A DNA stretch of 63,341 nucleotides, the filler included, from Octopus bimaculoides (Eukaryota), in the NCBI RefSeq assembly GCF_001194135.2. It is 5 parts of 5 records of this genome, joined end to end, with 100 filler letters (N's around TTAATTAATTAA, not from the genome) between each part and the next. Parts side by side here need not be neighbours in the genome. Positions count along the whole stretch, not along the records: positions 1 to 31,962 come from NC_068988.1; positions 32,063 to 48,113 come from NC_068985.1; 3 more parts are not named here. The stretch is one strand, 5' to 3'. Positions 25,190 through 37,465 of this stretch are shown in pieces (position 1 is the first letter of the stretch; each line of letters opens with the position of its first letter). Below the pieces are notes generated by a model, which saw only the letters and a list, made by a program, of their open reading frames with translations, was not told the DNA's origin and did no database searches. Made by a program: the position numbers and the translations under genes.

Positions 25190-28060
25190 TTCCAGTTGGA
25201 AGGCTAGAATGTCGGTGGAAGCTTGACAGGTATTTTTGTTATCAAACATTGTGCCTAAATATTAGTATTTGCAAAATGTTTACACGTTCACAAGTGAAAA
25301 ATGGTATGGAAGGGCAAAACAAACCAGTTTGTAACAGCAGGAAAAGTTACAAAAACTTAATTTCCGCTGACACAAGTAATAATGTCAAGGACAAAATTGA
25401 TAACGGATCCAAAAACACCACAGACTCTATGGAGAGCGATAAAATTAACTGCAAGGAACAAAGAAGTATTATGACAGAAAAGCAACAAAATGGAGAACAC
25501 ACAATCACTCAATTCTTGAACAGACAACAAAAATGTAACTGCCAATAACCCAAAAAGAAATAATGTGGAAAATACCATGATAACTGATATCAACACAGAA
25601 AATAACAACCCCAACAATATGGAGTAAAGAAGCAATAACAGAATGAATAACAACAACAAAAACATCGATGAGAATACAATCAATACCAACATCAACACCA
25701 GCAACAGAGAGGCAGGTGTATTTGGAAGTAACAACAGCAGTAACAATGTGAATGATTCCACCACCACCACCATCAACAATGAGAGCGAAACAAGTACTTT
25801 TGCAGCAGCAGCTTTGAAATGCCAAGAAAAGTACTATGAGATAGACATCTCCAACAAAAAAGAGATGTTAGCCCTGGCCCACAAAATCATAAAAAGAGAA
25901 AAAACGTGGGCAGACCTTGCAATCCCAGCTGAAGTGGAGGTAGAAATTGAGAAGAGGACAATAAAATATAGGTTTGTCTTGGTGCAGTGTCGGAGAGCAG
26001 AACAACCCTCCCACCTTCAAGTGGAGATGGCACTGAGATCAATCAGAGAGGATGTCATATTCATTCAAAGGGCCCAAAGTTTTGGTACCATCTTAGTCTT
26101 TTTTAAAACAGAAGAGCTGGCCATGAAGCATTCAGAAGGACCCCATAAAACTGACCAGCTTATAATGTACCCGTCCTACATGAGCAGAAGAACAATAAAA
26201 GATCAAGACCCTGAAATAACACCAGGTATCAACATATGGTGGCTTGTGGGATGCACAATCATGAAAGGCAGCAGCACCCTCCTCTTAAAAGTCTGACGGA
26301 GGCAAAGAGAAGCCTGGGTTAGGATGGATTTGGTAATACTAATCTAAATAAAACCACAAGACTTGGAGAACATCCCACACCATGTCCACCTCAAGGATGG
26401 GACGAAATTACCCTTGATCACTGAAGGCAGATGGCCTCATTGTTTCACTTGTGATGAAGCAGCACACCTAGAAGCATGCTGCCCTCAGCAAAAAGGTACA
26501 GGGATCTGTAGACACCAACACCAAGGCTGGGAAGGCAAAAAAGCAGCACCAGCTGTAGAAAGATCACCACCAACAACAAGGAAAGCAACAAAAATAACAA
26601 CAATAGTGGCACCGGTGACAGGCGTGACAACAGCACCAGCAGGAAAACCATTGGAGAGGTCAACCACGAAAGCCAACACCTCGCAACCAAGCTCAACAAC
26701 CCACCTTACACAAGCAAACATGCAGAAAAAGATGCACATACAAACACGAATTCACTTCCACACAGAGAGGAGGAGATTGCAACAGACACTGGTTCTACTG
26801 CATTGAAAAGTAATGACGAGGGGGAACAGAGTAAATCCAAAAATCTGAAAAGAAGTCACAGAGGCGAGACATCCTGCATCAAAACAAGATAACAAAAAAA
26901 CTACACACACACCCACAACAAACGCAGACACTCAGACAACTCCTGCAGCACTACAATAATCAACTAAAGCATCACAAGCACCAAAAAACTCACACCACAA
27001 ACACAAGAAGAACAAAAGACAACAACGCAGGCAGCTAACGTTGTGTTGGTAAGGAGGGCCAACAAAATACTGAAGGTCCTCTTATCATGAAGAGAAGACA
27101 TTGAAAAAGGTGGGGGAAATCTTCTTGGACAAGCACATGCAACGTACCAAAGGATCTAATGATGGGGAAGATGGACTTGGACACTCACCAAACAATTAGG
27201 GATGCCTTTCCAGATGATGTAGGGATCCCTCAAGTAAATGCCAATGCAAAGCTTTTACAAGGCTTCCCAAAGGAGCCCAAAGAAGAAATAGAGGTGGGAC
27301 CACCCGATCTCCAATGGGTAAGTAACACACCGCATCTTTCTTTCTTTCCTTTTAGGCCAATATGGTGGTGCTAAGAGAAGGTTGTATAAATGTACGTGAC
27401 CTGGAATCATCCTGGAAGCAAAGTTGCTTGCTCAATGACCTCAGGTGGTTGAAGTTGAATGTAATAGCCATCAGTGAGACCAGGATCGTAGACACATGCA
27501 CCTTAGCACCCATTTTTGACGATTTTGAGACCTTTGCATCTCTTAGTCCACCAGGAATGGGGGTGGAGTAGCAGTAGTTGTTCAGAAAAGGCCTGGATCT
27601 CAAGATACAGTTGGTCTTCCTGGATCCAGAAGGTGAGTCAGTGGTTCTGAATGTGAACGATAATGAAGGCTGTGCTTTTAGACTGGTTGCTGTGTGTGTT
27701 CCAACTGGATCGGGGGCAGCCCAATTTCTTCAGACATTTGAAGGTCTTTCTAAGGACGTCTCACTCTTTAATGTTAGTGGGCGACTGAAATGTCATCTTG
27801 GATGCATGTGTGGATCTCGTCAGCTATACAGACCACAAATTTGTGACCTGTACAGTTGACCTAGATAAGCTTCATAGGCAGGGTCCCAGATACTGGAAGC
27901 TGAACGCGTCCTTCTCAGCACGTCAAGTTTTCAGAGACCGTCTTAGTAAGTTAGTCCATTAAAAGTAAACAGGTGCAGTGGTCAACAACCAATGGGAGAT
28001 TACAGTAGAAACTGTAAAATTTAGCAGAGAACTAGCGATAGAGAAGACTAGAGTGTTCAA
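25190..28060 (+). mobile_element. L1/Tx1-like LINE: decayed ORF1 plus truncated ORF2 endonuclease
   Basis: ORF1 pieces 25643-26296 and 26363-26806 with knuckle CFTCDEAAHLEACC. ORF2 APE pieces GCINVRDL...VIAISETR and QLVFLDPEG...FRLVAV, then DHKFVTCTVDL...QGPRYWKLNAS; similar to 44775-45600. Confidence 0.8.
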
Positions 28061-28074
28061 TGCTGCTATGACTT

Positions 28075-28240
28075 ATTTTGTGCAGGTTTATTACATTCTT
28101 TCACTATGTGACCTAACGACATCCTCTTTTTTACCACAAAATCTCCATAATGGGGATTCAACATTGTTATCAATATGATATTTCACAGTGTTTGATCTAA
28201 ATGTTTGTTCTTGTATTGAATAAATTAATAAATTTACTTC
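28075..28240 (-). mobile_element. Small R4-like LINE zinc-knuckle fragment
   Basis: Minus strand NTVKYHIDNNVESPLWRFCGKKED, then after a frameshift HIVKECNKPAQN. Confidence 0.4.
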
Positions 28241-28570
28241 CAGCCTTTAGGTTTGAATTAGCAAACTGATCATGCCTTGCTAGTCTATACACTACATCTC
28301 TTGTATTTTTTTTTTTGAGCCCATCTTTTATTAATGCAATTTGAAGGCTCTATCAGCCAAAGACTTTTATATCAAAAAGCAACATTTATAAAGTGTTGAC
28401 TACAAACCATCCTGACTTGTCCCCATCACTTTTTATACATTCCTCATAACTAACCAAGCGAAACACTCCATTTTTCCTAGCCAGGCAAAGCCTAGGGACC
28501 AACCAACTAGTCATTGGTTTACTATTTTTGTGGCTTATGCTGCTGCTATTGTTCTTAATGTTGTTATGAT

Positions 28571-28940
28571 AGGCCGGGCGAAATGCTTAGCAGTATTTCG
28601 TCTGCCGCTACGTTCTGAGTTCAAATTCCGCCAAGGTCGACTTTGCCTTTCATCCTTTTGGGGTCGATTAAATAAGTACCAGTTACGCACTGGAATCGAT
28701 GTAATCGACTTAATCCGTTTGTCTGTCCTTGTTTGTCCCCTCTATGTTTAGTCCCCTTGTGGGCAGTAAAGAAATAAGCATTCTGTCTGTCTTTATGTTC
28801 TGAATTCAAATTCTACTAAAGTCAACTTTGCCTTTTATCCTTTTGGGGTGAATAAAATAAGTACCATTTGAACACTTGGGTTGGTGTAATTAACTTGCCT
28901 ACTCCCTGAAATTGCTGGCATTGTACAAAAATTTGAAACC
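28571..28940 (+). mobile_element. Two adjacent family-B SINE copies: younger 28571-28778, older 28790-28940
   Basis: Both carry the B-box-like GTTC(A)AATTC(C) head and CTTTGCCTTT.ATCCTTTTGGGG. The first copy keeps its CpGs; the second has lost them. Confidence 0.7.
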
Positions 28941-30539
28941 AATGTTGTTATGATAGATAGCTCCAGATCAGTCATGGATTAGACCAATCCAATTCCTTAA
29001 AGTCAACCCATAAGTCATACTGTCCATCACAGTAGATATGTGTGATGTATGAAGGGGTAGCTTGTATGGTTTGTGTCTAGTTTAGGATATCTCTTATCAG
29101 TCTTATCAAATTGTTCTGATATTTATCACTTAAAACATGAGATCCTCATCTTAAATATAACATAGAGTTGGTTGGAGGTCAGTCAGCTACTTTGAGATTC
29201 TTCACTGATGGCATAAATACTTCCCTTTATATGTGTTATCATTGGTAAGAACAATATTAGCTGCAGTGAGGAGGACAGCCAAAAAATGCAGCAAAACTTC
29301 CTTGAAATCACACACTAAAGTCTTTAAAAGAACATATTGAATAAGATAATCCTGGGTACACTGTGGCTAAAAAAGAGATTGGATGGTCATGACTACAATG
29401 TCTTTTGATTATAAATCTGTAGGATCATGCTGACCTGGGGTTAAATACCAACAACTGCAATACGTGATGAAGTTTTCAGAATTAGTAAATCACCTGTCTC
29501 TCTGCATTATGAGTCATAATCCTTTCAGATGTCAATTTTTTCTTTAGCCAATCAACACTGATAAACTAGGTACCAGTAATGAGCTGGGGTTGAGTCAATT
29601 AACAAAACAACATCTACTACCATATCATAAGTGTTATATCAATGTCAGAAATTATTATTATTGCAATGTATATAACCCTATCATTTGATTTTTCTTCAGA
29701 TCATTCTACTGACAGTTATGGTGGAGTAGTTTGGCTGTTACTTCTCCAGGTAGACAGATGGTTTAATTATATTTGTAACAATACAGTAATTATTCTTGAC
29801 AGCGTGAGAAAGTGGTTCAATGGATGGTTAATTTCCTGCTCTGAAACATAAGAAAACATACTGGACAAGATTTTCAATTAAAACACAGAAGAGACACTAG
29901 TGGAATACTTCAATCATTAATGTTAGCAAGGGGAGATGACAGAGCCCACACAGTATTGAACAATCAAGTGTAACTTGTCACTTTCACAATCACTATGGTA
30001 TATCTATAAGCAAGGGACTTAATTTACAATGATTCTCTTTAATGAAGAAATAATTTATCACTCTAACTAACAGCAAGATTATAGAATTGTAGATGGAGTC
30101 AATGAGGCAGTGAACAACTAAGTCAATCTTCCTGACTGTCATCATGATGTATTTATAACCAAAGCACTTAATTCACAAGGGTTCCTTCTAATAAGGAGTA
30201 ATTTATCACACTAAGTAGCAGCAACATTGTAGAAATGCCTAGTGATTACCTACCTTCCAGTACTTCACTTCAATTCCTCTGCATGTATAACTTGAGAAGA
30301 ATTGAATCATAGGAGCTCAATTTCTAAAACTACACAATATAGGGTCTTCAATGGTGCTGTCCTATAATCAAATAGAACTGATGCATTTCTGGTGAGGTAA
30401 ATGTTCCCTCTAACTTTTGTTGGTGTGCAAATTTTATCCTTGCAAAGTATGTGAGTGTCCATGCAACTAATCATTGCTCAAATGCTATATTGCACCACCT
30501 CCCCAAGAAATGCATTCCACTTTTAAGTGTGTACTATTA

Positions 30540-31137
30540 ATTTGGTCTCAGAAATCTTGTGTGTGTGCACTTTTTCCTTTATGCACTAGTTGTAAAACAA
30601 CTGTGCACACCACCAATGCATTGCTTAGTGTAACATCAGTAGAGATGTTGGTTCTTTGCTCACAGATCTCAAAAGGTCTGAGACGGACATAATCTTCCAG
30701 AACAGACTAATAGAAAATATCTTCATCAAAATAAAACACAGTATACGGATGGGTAACTGTCAGCTGTGTCCTCCACAGGAAAACTTCAATTTCAGAATGT
30801 TATTAAGATAATGAGTAATTTGGATTATGTAACGAACCAGGAATTTAATAGAGTTTCACTTCAGAGGGGAAAAAAGACCGACTTATTTGACCTTTGGGAA
30901 AGCATTTGTATCACAACATAACATCTTTGACTATCTCTCCTGAAAACCTAAAGTTCTACTGAGCCAATGAAGAAATATCTACATGGTCAAATCAGAACAG
31001 TCAAACGTCTTCCTTTTCCAGTCACATCCTAACATAATATACAGTAAAGATGCATTGAATAATCTTGTCTGAGATAGTTAATATAACTAGTATACTCATA
31101 GGTTCATGAAATTGGAGTTGGAACAATAACTACTACC

Positions 31138-31193
<56 letters not shown>

Positions 31194-31225
31194 AACAACA
31201 GCAGTAATAATGACAATAACAACAT
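30540..31225 (+). mobile_element. CR1-like LINE 3' relic with (CTA)n/(ACA)n tail
   Basis: Decayed coding-like tract ending in a simple-repeat tail at 31133-31223; protein match is weak. Confidence 0.3.
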
Positions 31226-31330
31226 TAGTTTGGAAGAAATAAATATTAGTTTTAATTAGAAATATAAAAAGTTAATGAAAGTTGGACTTCTAATTACTGT
31301 ATGTGTGTGTACATGTGTATGTTGGTGTGG

Positions 31331-31376
<46 letters not shown>

Positions 31377-31896
31377 TTGTGAATGTCTGGATGTATGTGC
31401 TTGTGTTTCTGCATGTGTGGATGTATGCACGGATGCATGTGTGGATATGTGGGTGTATGTATTTGTGCATGTGTGATTGTATGTGTCTGCATGCATCTAC
31501 TGCTGTTGTTCTTGTTTAACCCAGGTCAGTCTTGATTGAGCAGACTTATGATGAAAGGCATTCCATCTGTGACTACTCCATTTTGTACATGAATCCAGCA
31601 TCAACAAACCATTGTATTTCCTTCTTTAAGATAGAGGGATGTGATTTGAGGGACATTTGACTGCTATATCTAGCAGGTTAGGTAACCACATAGAGGCTCT
31701 CTTGCAGACTCCCATCTGTGTATGCATTCAGTAACAGATATGTAAACATGTGTATGTATAAAAATGTGTATATGTTTCATTCATGTTTTCAAGAAATAGC
31801 ATGTGGTAATGTATGTATGGACATTTGTATACATTCAAACACGTTTGCATCCCTGTACACATATCATAATGTGTATCTGTGTATATGCACACATAC

Positions 31897-31962
<66 letters not shown>

Positions 31963-32062
31963 NNNNNNNNNNNNNNNNNNNNNNNNNNNNNNNNNNNNNN
32001 NNNNNNTTAATTAATTAANNNNNNNNNNNNNNNNNNNNNNNNNNNNNNNNNNNNNNNNNNNN
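31963..32062. other. Synthetic scaffold linker (44 N + TTAATTAATTAA + 44 N)
   Basis: Exactly 100 bp, identical in four places, with stop codons in all six frames. Confidence 0.95.
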
Positions 32063-32066
32063 CAAT

Positions 32067-32331
32067 TGTTATGTTTCCCTCGGACTGACTCGCAGAGATA
32101 ACATAACGAGTTATACAATTTAATTATTACATTTATTGTTCAATTACATACAAAGAACGCACTCACCCAATGTTCGTTATATATAAACAAAAGTCATGTC
32201 CGCCATATATATATCAATGACATTTTACTACGACAGTCCCACAAGACAACAACAATGAAACAATGAACTCAGACGAACCACATGACACACGGAACGTCAG
32301 ACGAATTACATATCTAACAGTCCATATAACA
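32067..32331 (-). mobile_element. Solo LTR of the Gypsy family at the window start
   Basis: Its reverse complement aligns end to end with 2160-2419. TG...CA ends; left flank (N)CAAT and right flank ACAAT suggest a 5-bp TSD. Confidence 0.88.
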
Positions 32332-33124
32332 ACAATGTTTTAAAAATCCTATCAAGATAACAAGAACATTATTATTTACTATAACACAAAACAATGTACT
32401 AGATATTTATGGGTAGCCTGACGTATGGAGTAAAAGAAGACACGAATGAGAACAACGAGTCAGTAGACAGTAATGCAACTAAATTAAACAATAGCAAATA
32501 ATATAACTTGCTTAAAGCAGCGCTTACGGTGAGTCAGATAGTATGCCAGGGAACTATTTCAGTAGGAGATTAATACAATGAAAGCTTTTCTTGTTACAGA
32601 ATGGCGGGCTACATAATTATCTTTCCAGTTGAGACTCGTGCTGTTAAATCAATATGGATTTTTTTATTGTTCCAATTATATGTGAATGTTTCCTATGCTT
32701 GTATCGTTCTAAAATCTGTGCTAGTGCCCCTCCTTCCTTGAGCCTTCAACTCCTGAAACAATTAAGGTAGTACCTGATTTTTTTGTTAACGTGAATATTA
32801 CTTAGGTGTTATTTTAATATCTCTATTCTTTTCAATGCATCTTTTACGCTTTTCCTTTAATTCTCGTTATCTGAAAGGCATTGCAAATAACATTTGCTTG
32901 TTGCTAATATATTCAGTTAAAACTGATGGATGCACATTCAGTGGTAGATAAGTTACCATATGCTTCTGAATTATTTATCTAAAACCTGTTTGAAAAATCA
33001 TGTTGAAAGATCATTCACTTTACCCGTATATCTCTAACCCCATTTCTCATTGAGAGCCGTTTATCAATTTTCTTTAAATCGTTGTCCTTTGTGAAGCCTG
33101 ATAAAAAAAAACTGTCAGCTTACA

Positions 33125-33290
33125 GTGACGGGACCAGCAGACCAACCAGGTTTCGGGCTATTTATGTCTCTCTTAATTATTGGACTTCTCGTCTGCTAGC
33201 TAGCTACTGCCATCTCAAGCCGACGAGGTGTCCAGTACTGGAGAGTGGTAGAAATAACCCGAAACCAGACTGGTCTGCTGGTCCTGTCGC
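33125..33290. repeat. 39-bp inverted repeat with ~88-nt spacer
   Basis: GTGACGGGACCAGCAGACCAACCAGGTTTCGGGCTATTT (33125-33163) against AAATAACCCGAAACCAGACTGGTCTGCTGGTCCTGTCGC (33252-33290). Confidence 0.8.
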
Positions 33291-33825
33291 TAGAAGGTAG
33301 CAGAGGTTTGCTCCCCTGCTCGCAATATATCGGATACAGCTGTGCATCGTTAGCCAGCTAGAGGAGATGTCTTCTTGGGGTAAAAAATCGCAGTAAAGTC
33401 CGTTCGAACGATGAAGTGGCTATGAACATTACTTGTCAGTATAACGACTGCGTTCATCTCTTAGAGATATTTCAAAACTAGTTTTTTTATCGTATATATA
33501 TCATTATGACCATAAAGTTTAAAATTTAAACTTTCAAGAAGCTATTTAATTCTTGTATCAATAGGTTCCGCAAGAGGAAAATATAAGTTCCGCATGTTTT
33601 TGTTTCTATTTAATTCATTTCTCAGAATACGAGGGTGGTACCTTTGTGCATGGATGTAATATGTATACATCTTTGTGTACTTGTGTCTTAATATGCATGT
33701 ATGTATACATGTATGTGCATATGTATATATCTACATCCCCATATATATACTTTCTATACACACACACGCGCGTGCATGCACACACACACACGCACGCACA
33801 CACATACACACACACGCATATATAT

Positions 33826-35463
33826 AGTTGAAATTTACAGAAAAACAAAAGACGAATACAGGTGTATGAACAACAAACAGGTGTATTAGTTTGACGCTCG
33901 GGAAGAGAGAATGTGGGTAGGAGTGAAGAGAGGAAGTAGGTGTCAGAGGAAGTAGGTGTCAGAGGAAGTAGGTGTCAGAGGAAGTAGGTGTCAGAGGAAG
34001 TAGGTGTCAGAGGAAGAGAGGAGAGGAGGTGGTCAGATGAAGAGAGGAAGGGAGTTGAGTCCATTTACCGCAAAGGTTCGAAGAGAGAAGATTAATTACT
34101 GCTCACGACGAAGGCGGGAGTCTGGATGGCCCCTGTGCAAAGACAATCCGAACACAGACAGGTGTTGTAGCGAATGACCGGTAGAGCGGAAATGGTGAGA
34201 GACCAGAATGTCATTGCCGAGTTTGATGTTTCGGAGGTGCTCCACGAACCGGTCAGCCAAGTGGCGTTCCGTTTGACCGATGTACAGAGAAGGGAAGAAA
34301 GAGCGAGATGCAGTAAATGACGTTGAGAGAAATGCACGTAAAGGAGTTGGTGATATGATAGGGACGATGACGGGTACCTGTGAGGATGGTGGTGTTGGAG
34401 AGGTAGGGGAAAGTGCGGCAGTGTGGGCGGGAGCAGGAGAACGTGCCGGGTTGGAAGGTGGGGTGAAGGATGAAACTGTGGATCAGAAGGTCATGCAGGT
34501 TGTGGGCTCGTTTGAAGGAGGGAGGAGTAGGTTGGGGAAGATGTGTGAGGTGGAGGGGTCGAACTGGAGTCACCGAAAGGCTCGGAGAATGGTGCGTTGG
34601 AGGGGCAGGGTGGAGGGGTGGAAGGTGATGTGAAATGGGAGACGGGCAACGGTGTGGGGAGAGAGAGCAGAAGTACGGTCAACAGAACGTGCTCTGAAAA
34701 TGGTTGTATGAATAATGGTGAGGAGATATCCACGAAGGATGAAGTGGCTAGCCATAAGTTGAGACTGAATCTCAAAGTCATGTTTGTCACTGCAGAGCCT
34801 ACGCAGACGGAGGAATTGGGAGTAGAGGATAGAGAGATTGGTTTGGGTAGGGTGGAAGGAGTAGAAATTAAGGTATGAGTGTGAGTCGATGTGTTTGTAG
34901 TGGATGGAGGTAGTGAGAGCGGAGTGGTGTATGTTGACCGAAATGTCGAGAAATGCGACGGAAGTATTGGAAATAGTGCAGGAGAATTCGAGTGCAGGAT
35001 GGAAGGATTGGACAAAAGAGAGGAAGAAGTCTAGTTGTTCGCGGGAGAGTGGCATCGTACCGATACAGTCATCAATATAATGACCGTATAGTTCGAGAGT
35101 GGGACCAACGAATTGTGAGAATATTTGGGCTCCAACGTAGCCAACGAACAGGTTCACATAGTTGGAGCCCGCTCTCGTTCCCATGGCAACTCCCGAGTCG
35201 TGTTGGTAAAAACCCCCGCGAACGAGAAGCAGTTGAAGGAGAGAACAAGTTCGGCGAGACGAAGAAGTGTGGTGGGTGCCAAGTTGGAGGTTGGGTCGAA
35301 GTTCTAGGAAGTGTTTGAGTGCAAGAAGTCCTTCATTGTGTGGAATCACCGTATATAGACTCTTGATGTCAAAAGTGAAGAGAGGTTTAGAGGGGCCAGG
35401 AGGGAAGGAGAAAGAGTTGAAGGGACGGAGAGCATGGTTAGTGTCATGGATATACATAGTCAT
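33826..35463 (-). mobile_element. Penelope-like element (RT + GIY-YIG), 5'-truncated and frameshifted
   Basis: RT motifs FTFDIKSLYTVIP, GVAMGTRAG and YGHYIDDCI. Cys-rich linker FSCSRPHCRT...FTCISLNVIYCI, then YIGQTERHLADRFVEHL. The tail CTTCCCGAGCGTCAAACTAATAC is shared with 12850-12895 and 51830-51860. Confidence 0.9.
33929..34016. repeat. 16-bp minisatellite (AGAGGAAGTAGGTGTC)x5.5
   Basis: Five perfect copies plus a half copy inside the PLE 3' tail. Confidence 0.95.
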
Positions 35464-36024
35464 ATATACATATGAACAGACATATAAACATATATTCTTG
35501 AGGATTTAATCTTGAGAAAAAGAGCGTGCCACACGAACAGATTGTGGATTAGCATAACAGCTCAACTTACACTGTACTGTTAGCAAATTTGCTTTTTTTT
35601 TCCGAAGTCAACAATGATATTACAGCATATAGATACAGCCTTAGTTCCCAGTTTTCAAGACTAAATATCTTTTCACAGGTCCTATATCATATTTAGGCGG
35701 GTAATTAACAGGTCTGCTTTAGCGGCTTAATATCACCCATTCTTAACAAATTTGTCGATTGTTTTTTTGACCACAAGTCAATTCTGTCTGAGCAGATCTA
35801 TCTTGTAAGATATTCAAATGACTATTTCGTTTGTTTTCAGATACACCGTAACAACTAACCAATGAAATGTGTTGCTTTTTTTTTTGTATAGTTTTAGAGT
35901 ATATTTTGAGGTAATTTACTTAAAGTATATTTAAACTGCAAATATGAATTCTAAATGTAAATAAACAATGTATTTATGAATCCACGAAGCCATCGTAGCA
36001 GGTTATGAAACGTACATATATATA

Positions 36025-37465
36025 CACTCAGAACCACGCTAATAGCTTAGGAGTGGAATTTAGGACATTTTGGTTTTCTGTGAATCGATTTTGATAAAAT
36101 TAAAACTTTTCCCAGCTTGTTTGCACACTATCGCAACACCATTGTTATGTTTTCATTATGCTGTGTAACGTCCTTTCTTCCTTATTTCAGATGCTTCGTT
36201 TTTTTGGTGAACCACACTAATAGCTTTTGAATGCAAATAGCCCATATAGACATATTTTTTCAGAAAATGAAGGATAATGATACAAATTAAGCACACATTG
36301 AGTATATATTTAGCAGAAAACCATAATAATATTATAACATTTATTGACGTAATGAATTATTTAGCCATATGAGCGGCAAGGAAGAAACGATCCGATTGTG
36401 GGACCTCCAAAACTGTGACATCTAGGGATTTAAAGAACATTGGCGGCATAGGAAACCTGGACAAACAAGCAAAGCCATTTTCACCGCCCCCGGACTTCCT
36501 CGTGTACCGAAAACCACCAGAAATTACATCCTCTTGACCATGGCTTCCGTACGAGAACCCTTGAAACTGCCTCATCACGGGAGTTTGAGGTTTTAATGGG
36601 CCCAAAGGACATTAGACATTAGACTTGAGCTGTGTCCTGTTCACTGACAAAACCAGGCTGACCCTTGACGAATCTGACGGTCGGGCAAATGGTTGGGTCT
36701 ATTTTGGAGATGAGCGTCAACAACGTTTACGACGTCAGCCACAGGGTGGAGGAGTCGATGATAGGCTTGTTGGCCCAGTCAAGGTGCCTGAAGAGGTTAA
36801 AGTGACCGAAGTCACCTACTGCAATCTCCTGAAGGAGGTCTTAGATCCCTGGTTGGATGACATACCGTATTCATGCATGTCAACGCTCCCTCCCATTCTG
36901 CTAGGACCACCCAAATATTCCTAGGGTCTTAGGGCATATAAGATGAAAGGTTGATGGTGTGGCCGCTAGCATCTACGGATCTCAACCCTATCGAAAATCA
37001 TTGGTCCATCATTAATCAAGATATTTATGCCAATGGACCCCAATTTACATCGAAAGACTATCAAAGCTACAGCAGAGCCGGTCCAACATGCTACTATTAA
37101 GAAATTGACAGATTCCATGACTAAGAGAGATTTTGAAGTTATTCGTCAAAATGGCGCTCATGTGGCTAAACAATTCATTATGTCAATAATATTATCATGG
37201 TTTTCTGTTAAATATATATTCAATGTATGCTTAATATGTACCATTACCCTTAATTTTCTGAAAAAAAAGGTCTAGATGGGCTATTTCCATTCAAAAACTA
37301 TTAGCGTGGTTCACCCAAAAACTGAAGCATCTGAAGTAAAAAAAAGAAAGGACGTTACACAGAATAATGAAAACATAACAATGGTGTTGTCACAGTGTGC
37401 AAACCAGCTGGGAAAAGTTTTATCAAAATCAATTCTCAAAAAAACGAGTAATCCTAAACGTACTT
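36025..37465 (+). mobile_element. Tc1-like transposon with long (~220 bp) IR/DR-type TIRs, internally deleted
   Basis: TA|CACTCAGAACCACGCTAATAGC left end with an inner direct repeat GAACCACACTAATAGC (~36209). 36055-36250 is inverted at 37271-37465. Transposase remnants RKKRSDCG, VLFTDKTRLTLD, GPVKVPE and DLNPIENHWS (DD34E-type). Confidence 0.85.

Noticed and set aside
29700-29830. Plus-strand exon after TTTTTCTTCAG
   Set aside because: One frame is open, but there is no convincing donor and no recognisable peptide.
32007-32018. TTAATTAATTAA as a recurring biological motif
   Set aside because: It is always centred in exactly 44+44 N, so it is synthetic.
2160-32331. The two LTRs bounding one 30-kb element
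   Set aside because: They are in opposite orientation, visibly diverged, and on different pieces separated by a synthetic linker.
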